DNA from: a candidate division WS1 bacterium
GTDB lineage: Bacteria > Armatimonadota > Zipacnadia > Zipacnadales > UBA5352
Direction of reading: 5' to 3'
DNA: 64,000 nt
Assembly (NCBI GenBank): GCA_003566775.1
Contig: PXBW01000079.1
Location: forward strand, 18,635-82,634
The notes under the pieces were generated by a model. The model ran no database searches. It saw only the letters and a list, made by a program, of their open reading frames with translations, and had not been told where the DNA came from. Positions 1-9,853 of this stretch are shown one piece after another. The stretch's first letter is position 1, and each line of letters starts with the position of its first letter. Both the position numbers and the translations under genes were made by a program.

Positions 1-458
1 ATAGCGTTCACACAGATCGGCGGCCTGTTCGATGCCGAGTTCCGTAAGATCGGCGAAGACAGGGATGCGTCGCTCCTGCAGCGCCTCGAAGAGCGGGCCG
101 CTCACCGCGTCGGTAAGGGGAAAGCCATGCATCTTCGGGGCGATGCGCGCGGAGCGGACGCCGCGTTCGAGCATCTCGGCGACAAGCTCATTCGGAGGAG
201 CCATCTCCTGGGTGTGATGGGGCATGACGATCCACTGTGGAACCAGCCCCGGATGGCCGTCGATCTCCTCCAGGAGCCTGCGGTTTCCGTAGTCCTGATG
301 ATACTCCAGAGCGGAGGCGTGGTACACGAGCGCCGCTCCGATGCCGTAGTAGAGGTGATCGCGCTCGAACTCGCAGGGGCTCCAGATAGTCTCCGGATGG
401 CGATTCGCCCGCCAGCCGATCATCGCACAGCCATCAAAGAAACGCAGTTTAGGCATGG
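1..458 (-). CDS. hypothetical protein, 5' portion only (C-terminus beyond window edge); possible metal-dependent TIM-barrel hydrolase-like
   Basis: I translated the reverse strand by hand: ATG at 456-458, open in frame to position 1 (MPKLRFFDGCAMIGWRANRHPETIWSPCEFERDHLYYGIGAALVYHAS...). Absent from the ORF track because it is open-ended. Sits directly downstream of queC on the same strand. No confident family assignment. Confidence 0.4.
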
Positions 459-466
459 GCTCCTCC

Positions 467-1132
467 TCATCCGTTCGAACCATTGTCGGCCTGCTTTAGT
501 CCCGGTCGGAGTCCCGGCTGATCGGCCTTCTGCAATGCTTCGCGGAGTCTTCGGCACGAGGGGCAGCTCCAGCAGTGCTCCGGACCGGAGCCGTAACAGC
601 TCCATACGAGATGCAACGGTGCTTTCAGTTGCAGCCCCAGCTTCACGATCTCGGGCTTCGTCAGGTCAAGGGTGGGAGAGACCAGCCGCGGGGCGTTCCG
701 GGTGGCAAGCTCGAGCACCGCATCGATGCGCCGCACGAACTCCGGCGAGTTGTCCGGGAAGGTGGCGGCCTCCTCAGCGTTGAAGCCGCAGACAATCGTG
801 TCACAGTCGAGAGCCTCAGCATGGGCTGCCGCGATGCTGACGAAGACCGCGTTGCGTGCGGGGACCCAGACGGAATCGTCGTCTGTGGCGGAGAGATCGG
901 AGGAGGCGTTCGTGAGGTGGCCGGGGGTGAGCCGGCGCATCCACGGGAGCTTGACGAGCCGATGGTCCACGTTCAGTTCCGCGGCTATCGCAAGTGCGGC
1001 CTCAATCTCACGCGGAGCCGCACGCTGGCCGTAGTCGAACGTCAGCGCGAGCCGGGGCGGGGCATCTTCTCGCGAGGCCCACGCCGCGACAGTAGAGTCC
1101 AGTCCACCTGAGAGCAGCAGGACGCTCGCCAT
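467..1132 (-). CDS. queC: 7-cyano-7-deazaguanine synthase QueC
   Basis: 221 aa. N-terminal SGGLDS PP-loop motif and a C-terminal CxxCxxC zinc cluster (CWSCPSCRRL). Length and order with queD are typical. Confidence 0.9.
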   Translation of the reverse strand: MASVLLLSGGLDSTVAAWASREDAPPRLALTFDYGQRAAPREIEAALAIAAELNVDHRLVKLPWMRRLTPGHLTNASSDLSATDDDSVWVPARNAVFVSIAAAHAEALDCDTIVCGFNAEEAATFPDNSPEFVRRIDAVLELATRNAPRLVSPTLDLTKPEIVKLGLQLKAPLHLVWSCYGSGPEHCWSCPSCRRLREALQKADQPGLRPGLKQADNGSNG

Positions 1133-1135
1133 TCG

Positions 1136-1546
1136 CTATGCACCACGCCCGGCAGCCGGGCCGCGATAGGTGACAGAACTCGTGGCCGACTCGAAGATCC
1201 TGATCGCCGAGACGCCCACACCCTCCGGTAGCCGCTCCGCCACGCACTCGAACAGATAACGCGCGAGATTCTCACTGCTGGGGTTGATCTCGTCGAAGGG
1301 CGGGACCTCGTTGAGGTGGTGATGATCGAGCCCCGCGAGGAGATCATCGAGTATCCGCTTGAGTTCTGCGAAATCCATCAACATGCCTCCGTCGTTTAGC
1401 TGCTCTCCCTCGACGGTAAGCAGAACGCGGTAGTTATGTCCGTGGAGTCGGGCACATTCGCCCGGATGACCCCGCATCGTGTGCGCCGCGGAGAAATCGC
1501 GTTCGATGGTAAGCTCGTACACGGCCATCTCCCGTTGCAGAAGCAT
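1136..1546 (-). CDS. queD: 6-carboxy-5,6,7,8-tetrahydropterin synthase QueD
   Basis: 136 aa. CxxxHGH zinc-binding motif (ECARLHGHNY) typical of the QueD/PTPS family. Lies 3 nt upstream of queC on the same strand. True start may be the internal Met (MAVYELTIERDF) near 1528. Confidence 0.85.
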   Translation of the reverse strand: MLLQREMAVYELTIERDFSAAHTMRGHPGECARLHGHNYRVLLTVEGEQLNDGGMLMDFAELKRILDDLLAGLDHHHLNEVPPFDEINPSSENLARYLFECVAERLPEGVGVSAIRIFESATSSVTYRGPAAGRGA

Positions 1547-1575
1547 CGGTGGTCTCGCTCGCGTGTCGGTGGAGG

Positions 1576-1606
1576 ATTATAGCACAGGCGTCGAATTCGC
1601 GGCAAA
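1576..1606 (-). promoter_or_regulatory. putative sigma-70-type promoter for queD-queC (TTGCCG -35, ~18-19 nt spacer, TATAAT -10 on minus strand)
   Basis: Reverse complement of 1576-1606 reads TTGCCGcgaattcgacgcctgtgcTATAAT, about 30 nt upstream of the queD start. Leader is too short for a preQ1 riboswitch. Confidence 0.3.
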
Positions 1607-1803
1607 TCTGCGGACGCGGCAGTAAGCATCGAGGTTCGGGCGTTGCGCCCAGGCACGTCCGCCTGCTCCACGACAGCTTGCCTCAGGCCACATGCGTATC
1701 CGGTGCTTTCACTCGTGTCCTGAATTGAGCGGCACCCGGAAGGGGCTTATGGGTCTTCCGCGAAGTACTATTTGCGGACAAGGACACCTGAAGGAGGTTG
1801 GTC

Positions 1804-2481
1804 ATGAATATCTGGAAACTGTTGCCTGCCACACTTCTAACGCTTGGAGTGATCACGATGGCCTGTCCACAGCAGCCAGCACCTGAGAGAGACGCAATCG
1901 ACCGCATCGAGCTTCCGGCTCCTGAGACCGACGGGGAGGTGGCCGTGGAGGCATCGATTGAGGAGCGCCGCTCCATCCGAAACTACACCGACGAGGCTCT
2001 AACACTCGAACAGATCGGGCAGCTTGCATGGGCCGCGCAGGGGATTACCGACGAGGGGCGCGGATTGCGGGCTACTCCGTCCGCGGGCGCGACCTATCCG
2101 CTCGAGATCTACCTCGTCACCGCCGAAGGGGTAGCTCACTATTTGCCCGACGAGCACGCGCTCGAGGTAGTAATCGATGAAGACCGTCGCCCGGCGCTGG
2201 CTGATGCGGCGCTCGGTCAGGACTGGGTGCGGAATGCCCCGCTCACGATTGCGGTGGCGGCCGTGTACGCGCGGACTGCGGGCAGGTACGGCGATCGGGC
2301 CGAGCGATACGTACACATGGAGGTCGGGCATCTGGGGCAGAACGTGCACCTGCAGGCGGTGGCGCTGGGGCTCGGATCTGTCCCGGTCGGCGCCTTTGAT
2401 GATGCCACGGTCAGTGCGGTTCTGGAGCTTCCCGGAGATGAAGAGCCACTCTACCTGATACCCGTCGGCCATCCGCAGTAG
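1804..2481 (+). CDS. nitroreductase-family protein (SagB-type dehydrogenase-like), probably a lipoprotein or secreted
   Basis: Nitroreductase-fold signature (RRSIRNYTDEALTLEQIGQLAWAAQGIT ... HMEVGHLGQN). Hydrophobic N-terminus ending in a Cys (TLGVITMAC). GGAGG RBS 6 nt before the ATG at 1804; the ORF track begins at an upstream TTG at 1798. Confidence 0.7.
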   Translation: MNIWKLLPATLLTLGVITMACPQQPAPERDAIDRIELPAPETDGEVAVEASIEERRSIRNYTDEALTLEQIGQLAWAAQGITDEGRGLRATPSAGATYPLEIYLVTAEGVAHYLPDEHALEVVIDEDRRPALADAALGQDWVRNAPLTIAVAAVYARTAGRYGDRAERYVHMEVGHLGQNVHLQAVALGLGSVPVGAFDDATVSAVLELPGDEEPLYLIPVGHPQ

Positions 2482-2536
2482 AGGCGGCGTCGCACAGATG
2501 GTTCCTGCGCGGGCGGTCAGCCGTTGCGGGGTAGCG

Positions 2537-2562
2537 GCCGGGCGGGGATGCGCCCGCCCGGC
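2537..2562. terminator. GC-rich hairpin between convergent genes (GCCGGGCGGG-gatgcg-CCCGCCCGGC), possible bidirectional terminator without U-tract
   Basis: Perfect 10-bp inverted repeat. Sits between the stops of the nitroreductase gene (+) and the 761-aa minus-strand gene. No T-run on either side, which is common in high-GC genomes. Confidence 0.3.
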
Positions 2563-2618
2563 CTCATATCATCGGCTGGCGTGAGTCAACCCACTTGTCT
2601 TCGTGGAGGAGATCACGC

Positions 2619-4904
2619 TCAGTCGTTCATCGCAAGTGCAGCAACCAGCAACTCAGACGGTGACAGGCTCAACACCACGCCGTCGCCCACCAGACGGAAC
2701 TGCTCCGGCTCGCCCACCAGCAACTCCGTGCCCCCAGCCTGCATCGTCAGGGGCATGTGCAGTTCCTGCTCCTCGCTATCGTAGCCAATCGCCACCAGAA
2801 ACCAGGTATCGTTTGCGCCGCGGATCGTGAGCACGCGAGCCTGTCCGGTGTTCAGGGACGGTCCTATGTGCCGGCCCGACCAGCACGCGGTCTCCTCAGA
2901 GTCGATTGCGGTCAGCAGAGCCAATGCCGAGTCTTCGATCAACGCCTCAGTGTACAGTTTCCTTGTGCGTTTGATGGAAGGATGCAGTAGCTCATGGTAG
3001 CAGAGGCTGTGTCCGGCTGCGCGTCTCTCCCCGTCGATCAGCAGAGTGAATCGCTCCTGACCATCGAGCGCGACTACTCCGAGCATGTCATCGACGTTGA
3101 TCCAGTGGCTGTTGATGATCATCTCCTCACGGGGACAGCCGGGGCCCGGTAGTTCATAGTGGGCTTCCTCGCAGGACAGTTCACGGGCGTTATCGTTGAA
3201 GATGTCGTTGGCGATGTTGAGGCACATTCCCTCGTTCAACAGCATCTCCACGGGTCGAACCGTGCGCGCCCGGCTGAGATAGACCGTTGTGCGGCCGTCT
3301 GGAAGTGCGGCGAAGCCCACCTGATGCTCTATAGCGCCATCACAGGCGGCGATTCTGCCGGAGGCGGCGCATCCGCCGTCAAAGACGCTCTCTCGGTGCT
3401 CCAGCACCCGGCGATTGCAGGGGGCCCCTCTTACCGTGAAGCGCGAGATCAGATTGCCCTCCCACTCAGCGAGGTGATCGCCCTCGCGCGGGAGCACGAC
3501 GCCCTGTGCGCCGCAGCGATGGGCGTTCCAGCTCCATCCGGCGAACCTCTCGGGCGAGCGGTGGAATACGAGCCCGCAGTCGGGTTCGATGAAGGGCTCG
3601 GTCAGTTCCTGATCCATCTGTCGCTCCGATACAGGCTCCACGGGTTCGCGGCGCTGATGCCACCGGTACGCGAGTGCCTGATAGTATGCCGGATCTACCT
3701 GACTGCGGTAGTACACTGAGGGGGCCGGACGGGTCGGGACGGCCAGATCGGGCCCTTCCTCAATTGCCTTTCTCCAGGCCTCAAGCCGAAGCGCGTTGAT
3801 GGAGCCGTCGCCGTTAGCCTGCTGCTCGCGGCGGAGCAGATCGGCGAGCCTCAGTTCGGCGCGACGCGCCACCGGATCATCAAGCTCATGCTGCACGAAG
3901 ACAAGCACCGGGAGCAGGTAGAGCAGGCCCCAACAGTAGCGCGGATAGTCGTCGCCCGCAGGATATGCGAGAGCGCCGTCCCAGAGGAGGAGCCGGCGCT
4001 GGACGTCCCACACCTCGGGGACATTGCGCAAGAGCGATTCCGGACGCTCGGCACCTGCGTCCTCGAAGGCGTACGCCGCGCTGGCGAGGGAGAGCAATGC
4101 GCGATTCACGTAGCCGGGATGGAAGAACCCGTGGTGTTCGAGTGCGAAGCTGGGGTGCAGATTCGCGCCCGCGTGCCAATCACGGATCGGCCGGCCGTCA
4201 ACGATTGTATCATCTTCGGCATCGGCGGGGGTCGATAGAGCGTTAGTCAGATACGTCAGCATGGCCTCATGCCATCTGTCGGCGCTGTCGTGGTCCGGGT
4301 CATTCAGCAGCGCTCGAGCGAGGATGCAGGCCCGCCACGCATTGCTTTCGGGATAAGACGTCCCGAAGCGCTCCGTCGGCACCGGTGGGCGCTTGCGGTA
4401 GAAGCCGTGATCCACGTGTTCGAGATGGAAGGGCAGCAGGGTGTTAGAATCGGCCTCGTGCTCGATGAGGCGCTTGAGTTGCTCCCGATCCTGATCTTCG
4501 AGGAAGTCGTCAAGCACCTCCGCGGCGAGTGCCATCTGATCGGCCATCTTCGGGGACATGCCGGTCCCACCCCACGCAGGTTCCTTCGGGAACTCGTCGG
4601 GATACGCCCTGTGGGTGTGAAGACAGTAGCGAAACGCGGAAAGTCCGCGATCCGCGCATTCATCGTGGGAAAGCGAGCAACTGTTGAGGTCAAACGTGTC
4701 GTCAGATGCGGCGAGTCCGTGGACGAATGCATAGAGCGAGGTGGCCTCGATTCCGAGCGGGCCGGCGCTGGTCGGCCCGAAGCGTCCGAGGTGCGATGGG
4801 TTCTCGAGGAAGTGGAAGTATCGGGATCCGAAGTCCAACCATTCTGTCACTGCTTCTGCGTAGTGAGGTCCAACCGTTCGGCTGCTACTCATAAGAACCC
4901 CCAT
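2619..4904 (-). CDS. large cytoplasmic hypothetical protein, possibly heparinase II/III-like (alpha/alpha-toroid plus beta-sandwich polysaccharide-lyase fold)
   Basis: 761-aa uninterrupted ORF with no signal peptide. Aromatic/His-rich N-terminal half and beta-rich C-terminal half resemble heparinase II/III-family lyases. Assignment by resemblance only. Confidence 0.4.
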   Translation of the reverse strand: MGVLMSSSRTVGPHYAEAVTEWLDFGSRYFHFLENPSHLGRFGPTSAGPLGIEATSLYAFVHGLAASDDTFDLNSCSLSHDECADRGLSAFRYCLHTHRAYPDEFPKEPAWGGTGMSPKMADQMALAAEVLDDFLEDQDREQLKRLIEHEADSNTLLPFHLEHVDHGFYRKRPPVPTERFGTSYPESNAWRACILARALLNDPDHDSADRWHEAMLTYLTNALSTPADAEDDTIVDGRPIRDWHAGANLHPSFALEHHGFFHPGYVNRALLSLASAAYAFEDAGAERPESLLRNVPEVWDVQRRLLLWDGALAYPAGDDYPRYCWGLLYLLPVLVFVQHELDDPVARRAELRLADLLRREQQANGDGSINALRLEAWRKAIEEGPDLAVPTRPAPSVYYRSQVDPAYYQALAYRWHQRREPVEPVSERQMDQELTEPFIEPDCGLVFHRSPERFAGWSWNAHRCGAQGVVLPREGDHLAEWEGNLISRFTVRGAPCNRRVLEHRESVFDGGCAASGRIAACDGAIEHQVGFAALPDGRTTVYLSRARTVRPVEMLLNEGMCLNIANDIFNDNARELSCEEAHYELPGPGCPREEMIINSHWINVDDMLGVVALDGQERFTLLIDGERRAAGHSLCYHELLHPSIKRTRKLYTEALIEDSALALLTAIDSEETACWSGRHIGPSLNTGQARVLTIRGANDTWFLVAIGYDSEEQELHMPLTMQAGGTELLVGEPEQFRLVGDGVVLSLSPSELLVAALAMND

Positions 4905-5192
4905 TCCGTCCGATCATCTATACATGTCAGACACGGGTTTACAGTAGGCCCTCAGTCTTCGAGGACGACATGATCGGGCGGGTCGCGGATCCATGAGAGC
5001 AGTTCCTGCATGATCCTCCGACACCGTGGCCCTCAGACAGGGGAATTGCCGTCTGCTGATGTCGCCCCGCACAAAGGTGTAACCTTCGGAAAAGCGAACC
5101 TGTTACCTGACCCTCCTTTCCACTGTCCTGAGATGTAATTCAGTCTTAAAGAAACACCAGCGGGCGCAATAAGTTCCAGGAGGAAAGATATC

Positions 5193-6830
5193 ATGCAAGG
5201 TGCAGAGGCACTTGTGCGGCAACTGCAATCTCGAGGCGTTCCGTTCATCTCGATGCTGTGCGGCAACGGTACCGAGCCGATTATCGACGCCGCCGCCAAG
5301 GTTGAATTGCCGCTGATACACACTCGTAATGAGCAGGCAGCAAGTTACATCGCCGACTCGTACGCGCGGCTCACGAGGCGAGTGGGAGTGTGCGTGGTCT
5401 CGAGCGGGATCGCTCACGTGAATGCGATGGCCGGGTTGCTCAACGCGCACTACGACGGCGGTCCGATGCTGCTGATCACCGGCGCGAACGAATCATACAC
5501 CCTCGGTCGCGGCGGCTTTCAGGACATCGATCATGTCGCGATGTGTGAGTCTTTCTGCAAGTACTCAGAGCAGGTCGATCGTCCTGAGCGTATCCCCCAG
5601 GCAGTGGCCGAGTGTTTCCACGCGGCCACCACCGGGCGTCCCGGACCCACGCACCTGACTATCCCGCGCGATATACTCAACGGAGAGATCGCTGATGGAC
5701 GCCCGATGCCGCCTGTCGGTAGTAGGGGGATGGTCGATCAGTCGGCGATGCCGATGGCGGATGATGTGAAGCAGGCCGCACAGATGCTGGCGCAAGCCGA
5801 GAGACCGCTCATTATCGCAGGCAGCGGATGCTTCTACGCCGACTCGGGTGCCGAGTTGATGGCGCTGGCGGAGACTGTGGGCGCCGCGGTCGTGACACCC
5901 ATCTGGGACCGGGGTGTGGTGAATGAGCCGAGCGAGCACTTCATGGGTGTGATCGGCGCGGCCACCGGGGAGCCGTCACTGCTGGAGGAGGCCGACCTGC
6001 TGCTGATCGCGGGCGCGGACGTCGACTATCGTCTGAAATACATGGACCGCTCGCCACTGCGCGATGATGTGCGAACGATTCGCATCGATGTCGATGCCCG
6101 CAGGCTCTACCAGGCAATCGCTCCGGATCTCGCAATGCTTGCGGATCCCGAGAGCGCGTTTTCCGCATTGAACCGGGAGTACGATGGCGGCGATCACAGT
6201 GACTGGATGTCAGCCGCGCGCGAGTTGCACGCGCGCTTTTATGCGGCGTGGGACGAGCGGCCGGATACTCCTGAGGGGGCGATGGTCGGATGGGACATCG
6301 CCCGCGCGGTGGGGGAGGTGCTCGATGAGGACATGGTGCTCGCGGTCGATGGCGGGAACATCGGTCAGTGGATGCACATGACGCTGTGCCGTAGCTCCTA
6401 TCCCGAGGCGCTGCTCACCTGCGGGGCGTCGGGCGTGATAGGCTACGGCGTGCCCGGTGCGATGGCGGCGAAGCTCGCATTTCCCGATCGGAAGATCCTG
6501 CTTGTAACCGGCGACGGTTCCCTCGGCTTCTGCGTGCCGGAGTTCCAGTCGGCGGTTCGCCACGAGATTCCTCTCGTCGCGGTGGTCGCTGATGATGAGG
6601 CGTGGGGCATTGTGGTTACCGGGCAGAAGGAGCGCGGCGCGGCCTGCATGGCCAGCGAACTGGGCGAGTGCGGCTGGGCCCGGACTGCGATGGGCTTCGG
6701 CGCGCGAGGCGTCCGGGTGTCTGCTCCCGAGGAGATAGCACCGGCGATCGAGGAGGGCTTTGCCTCAGGGCAGCCGACCCTTATCGAGGTCCCGCTGATG
6801 GTGAAATCGCCCGGTGAGTGTCGACCGTAA
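5193..6830 (+). CDS. thiamine-pyrophosphate-dependent enzyme, acetolactate-synthase large-subunit family (could be sulfoacetaldehyde acetyltransferase or benzoylformate-decarboxylase-like)
   Basis: 545 aa. N-terminal TPP-Pyr domain, central domain, and C-terminal TPP-binding motif GDGSLGF...N. GGAGG-like RBS (CCAGGAGGAAAGATATC) before the ATG. Confidence 0.85.
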   Translation: MQGAEALVRQLQSRGVPFISMLCGNGTEPIIDAAAKVELPLIHTRNEQAASYIADSYARLTRRVGVCVVSSGIAHVNAMAGLLNAHYDGGPMLLITGANESYTLGRGGFQDIDHVAMCESFCKYSEQVDRPERIPQAVAECFHAATTGRPGPTHLTIPRDILNGEIADGRPMPPVGSRGMVDQSAMPMADDVKQAAQMLAQAERPLIIAGSGCFYADSGAELMALAETVGAAVVTPIWDRGVVNEPSEHFMGVIGAATGEPSLLEEADLLLIAGADVDYRLKYMDRSPLRDDVRTIRIDVDARRLYQAIAPDLAMLADPESAFSALNREYDGGDHSDWMSAARELHARFYAAWDERPDTPEGAMVGWDIARAVGEVLDEDMVLAVDGGNIGQWMHMTLCRSSYPEALLTCGASGVIGYGVPGAMAAKLAFPDRKILLVTGDGSLGFCVPEFQSAVRHEIPLVAVVADDEAWGIVVTGQKERGAACMASELGECGWARTAMGFGARGVRVSAPEEIAPAIEEGFASGQPTLIEVPLMVKSPGECRP

Positions 6831-7056
6831 CCGCTCGGCATCTCCCCTCCGTGGGAAGCAGACACGGGTTATCATGCGCTGCTCGAACGGAGCGACAATA
6901 CGGCCAGCGGGGGGCGACGCTGGTCCGGCTGAACCGGCCTGCAGCCGGTCTTACGCACGATACTACGGTGTTGTCGCCGGGTGAGCGCGGGCCTGTGCGG
7001 ATGAGCGAATGGGCTGCGGAAGACGGATTGGAGGCCCGTCTCCCGCCGCCTCGTTA

Positions 7057-8577
7057 TCACCGATTACGCCCCCAGTCCGGATTCTTCACATGCTCCGGCA
7101 ATACACCGAGGAACGAGGTGTAAGCCGGCTCCATCGAGTGCAGCAGGCGATCCATCAGAAGCTCCGACATCTCGCGCCTGACATCGGCGTAACCGGGATC
7201 ATCCCACAGGTTGCGCGTCTCACCCGGATCCTCCTGCAGGTCATAGAGCTCCCCGATGTATTCGGTGCCGTAGTGAGCGTACTTGTACCGCTCGGTGGTG
7301 ATGAGCATGCCGCCGCATCTTCGAGTGTTGTCCACGTACTCGGTCAGGGCGTGGCCGCGCGAATCGCCGGTGCCCTCGAAGATCGGACGCAGACTCGGAG
7401 CCGCCATCTCCGGGGGAATGTCAACCCCGGCATAGTCCAGGGCGGTCGCGGACAGCGAGAAGTGCTCGATCACGTTGTCGTAGCGCGTCGGATAGGCCTC
7501 CGTGCGGAAGCGTTCGGGAAGGTATGCGAGCGTCGGCAAGTGTACCACCTGCTCGAGGAACACGCCCTTGCCCCACCGTCCCCAATCTCCGAGCATCTCG
7601 CCGTGGTCGGAGGTCGTTATGATGATCGTGTCCTCCGCCTGTCCGTTCGCGTCGAGGTCGCCGAGGATGTTACCGAGCATGTCATCGATCAGTGTGAGCA
7701 TCGCGTAGTAGTAGGCGATACGCGTCTGCACGAAGCGCCTCTCCTCCGGTGTATCCTGCTTTGCCGGGCGCTGCATGAACTCGGGACGTCCGGTGAGTTC
7801 GTGGGTGTATGTCTCGGGGAAGGGCATCTCCTCAGGATCGTACATCTCCGCGTACTCGCGTGGCGGATCGAATGGTCCGTGTGGCCCGCAGAAGCCCACC
7901 CACAGCATCCATGGCTCTTCGGGATTATCCGTACGCTCGCGGAGGAACTCGCGCGCCATCTCTCCGATGAAGTAGTCGATGTACTCCTCGGTCGGAAGCA
8001 CATTGATGAGCGTATTGTTATCGTACTCGGAGGTCTGCCGCTGATCGTATATCTCCCGGTATGCACCCGGACGCTTTTCCTCGAGCCAGCGGGCGTAGGC
8101 CTGTCCAAGCGGCGCCGGTCCGACCTGCTCCCCCCACATCTTGCGCCACCGCCCTCCCTTGCCGCCCGACAGCCGCGTCCAATCGTAGCCCTTCGGCTCG
8201 AGCATGTGTATCTTCCCCGTCGCACCGGTGTAATACCCCGACCCCTGCAGTCGCTCCATGAAGGTGGTCTCCCAGTGCGGCAGCACCGGTGTGGTGTCGA
8301 TCTCGCTTTCCATGTACTGCACCCCGTGCTGGTGAGTGTACCGGCCGGTGTGCAGACAGGCGCGGGAGGGGATACACACGGTATTCTGCGTATAACTGCG
8401 CGTGAAGAGCGTACCGCGCTCTCCCAGCGAATCGAAGTTAGGCGTCTGACAGATCTCGTTGCCGGTGATGCCGTAGGTATCGTAACGCTGCTCGTCGGTG
8501 GTTATGATCAGGATGTTGGGGCGTCCACAACGGTTGGGCATCTCTCTCATCTCCCGTTTGATGTTCGTGCTCTGCAA
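7057..8577 (-). CDS. sulfatase (formylglycine-dependent arylsulfatase family)
   Basis: 506 aa. Canonical sulfatase signature CIPSRACLHTGRY (C-x-P-x-R formylglycine motif) followed by GxxxHxG. N-terminal NILIITTDEQR metal-binding motif. Confidence 0.9.
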   Translation of the reverse strand: MQSTNIKREMREMPNRCGRPNILIITTDEQRYDTYGITGNEICQTPNFDSLGERGTLFTRSYTQNTVCIPSRACLHTGRYTHQHGVQYMESEIDTTPVLPHWETTFMERLQGSGYYTGATGKIHMLEPKGYDWTRLSGGKGGRWRKMWGEQVGPAPLGQAYARWLEEKRPGAYREIYDQRQTSEYDNNTLINVLPTEEYIDYFIGEMAREFLRERTDNPEEPWMLWVGFCGPHGPFDPPREYAEMYDPEEMPFPETYTHELTGRPEFMQRPAKQDTPEERRFVQTRIAYYYAMLTLIDDMLGNILGDLDANGQAEDTIIITTSDHGEMLGDWGRWGKGVFLEQVVHLPTLAYLPERFRTEAYPTRYDNVIEHFSLSATALDYAGVDIPPEMAAPSLRPIFEGTGDSRGHALTEYVDNTRRCGGMLITTERYKYAHYGTEYIGELYDLQEDPGETRNLWDDPGYADVRREMSELLMDRLLHSMEPAYTSFLGVLPEHVKNPDWGRNR

Positions 8578-8611
8578 AAAACCATGCGGCCGATCGGCGC
8601 TCCAACGCGGC

Positions 8612-9853
8612 CTATCTCAGTTCATCCACGTTATAGCGAATCTTCGCGATCGCCCCCAGCATCAGGTCCATGTCCTCGGTGCCGCCGAGGAAGAGGCGGT
8701 GCGTCAGCGAGACACCCTCCTCGGCGTGTATGCGGTCGCATTCAGGGGTATGCGCTGAGGCGTAGTCGGGCGGATCGTTGTCGCCGAAGCACGCCGGTCC
8801 CCAGTGGCGCTTCGTGAAGAGCGGGTTCTTCTGGATCGGCGCGAGGTGTCCGGTGCCCACGCTGAGGCCCTCCGCCGCCAGCGCCTCGCCGAACTGCTGC
8901 CGCGAGATGCCGCCGAACTCCTCGGAGTTGAACTTGAAGTGGTAGAAGTAGAAGTTCCAGCGCGTTACCCAGTCGGCGCGCTCAATCGGAGCGACGCCCT
9001 CGATCTCGCGCAGGCCCGCTTCGAGGTGTCTCGCGTTGCGGTCGCGCGTCTCCGCCTGCTCCTCGAGCCTGCCGAGGCCTCCCAGCAGCACCGCCGCCTG
9101 GAACTCGGTCATCCGCAGGTTGCTGGCGACGATGTGATGCTCGTAGAATGGTCGGCCCTCGAAGCGTCCGATGTGATGGAAGCTGAACAGCTTCTGCGCC
9201 AGGTCCTCGTCGCTGGTGAGGCAGATGCCGCCCTCCCCCGCGGTAAGCGTCTTGCCCATCTGCAGCGAGAAGCAGCCGATGTCGCCGATGGAGCCGCAGC
9301 CGTGACCGTTCCACGTCGAGCCATGGGCATGGGCGGCGTCCTCGATGATCCAGAGGCCGTGCCGCTCGGCGATCTCCCTCAGTGCGGCCATGTCCGCGGG
9401 GTAGCCGCCATAATGCACGGGAGCGATGCCCACCGTCCGCTCGGTGATCGCCGCCTCGACCGCCGCTGGATCGATCTGGTAGTTAGCCGGGTCGATGTCC
9501 ACGATGATCGGGATCGCGTTCACCAGGATGCAGGCGGTCGCGGTCGCGACGAAGGTCGCCGCCGGGCAGATCACCTCGTCACCGGGGCGGATGTCCAGCG
9601 CCTTCAGCGCGCACTCGATCGCCTGGGTGCCGTTGGTCAGCGCGACGCCGTGCTTCGCATCGTGGAAGTCGGCGAAGGCCTGTTCGAACTGGGCCACTCT
9701 CGAGGTCTCCGCGTCACCACCTCCGCGCCACCAGCGCCCGGACTCAAGCACCTCCAGCAGATTATCGCGTTCGGTCTGGTCGAAGATCGGCCAGTCCTTG
9801 CCAATCTGTCGGTCGATGGTTTTCGGGCCGCCGTTGATCGCCAGCTTTGCCAC
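8612..9853 (-). CDS. DegT/DnrJ/EryC1/StrS-family PLP-dependent aminotransferase (sugar aminotransferase)
   Basis: Conserved INGGxP start and PLP-lysine region (SLQMGKTLTAGEGG). Aspartate-aminotransferase fold type I. I place the start at the GTG at 9851-9853, which has an AGGGAGG RBS. The ORF track extends to 10024 with an implausible Arg-rich leader. Confidence 0.85.
   Translation of the reverse strand: MAKLAINGGPKTIDRQIGKDWPIFDQTERDNLLEVLESGRWWRGGGDAETSRVAQFEQAFADFHDAKHGVALTNGTQAIECALKALDIRPGDEVICPAATFVATATACILVNAIPIIVDIDPANYQIDPAAVEAAITERTVGIAPVHYGGYPADMAALREIAERHGLWIIEDAAHAHGSTWNGHGCGSIGDIGCFSLQMGKTLTAGEGGICLTSDEDLAQKLFSFHHIGRFEGRPFYEHHIVASNLRMTEFQAAVLLGGLGRLEEQAETRDRNARHLEAGLREIEGVAPIERADWVTRWNFYFYHFKFNSEEFGGISRQQFGEALAAEGLSVGTGHLAPIQKNPLFTKRHWGPACFGDNDPPDYASAHTPECDRIHAEEGVSLTHRLFLGGTEDMDLMLGAIAKIRYNVDELR

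Noticed and set aside
1547-1700. preQ1 riboswitch upstream of queD
   Set aside because: The putative -10 element lies about 30 nt from the start codon, leaving no room for the preQ1-I/II aptamer. No CUGGGUCGCAGU-like motif.
7009-8817. 602-aa plus-strand ORF
   Set aside because: Lies entirely antisense to the well-supported sulfatase gene (CxPxR motif on the minus strand). Arg/Pro/Gly-rich composition typical of GC-driven spurious frames.
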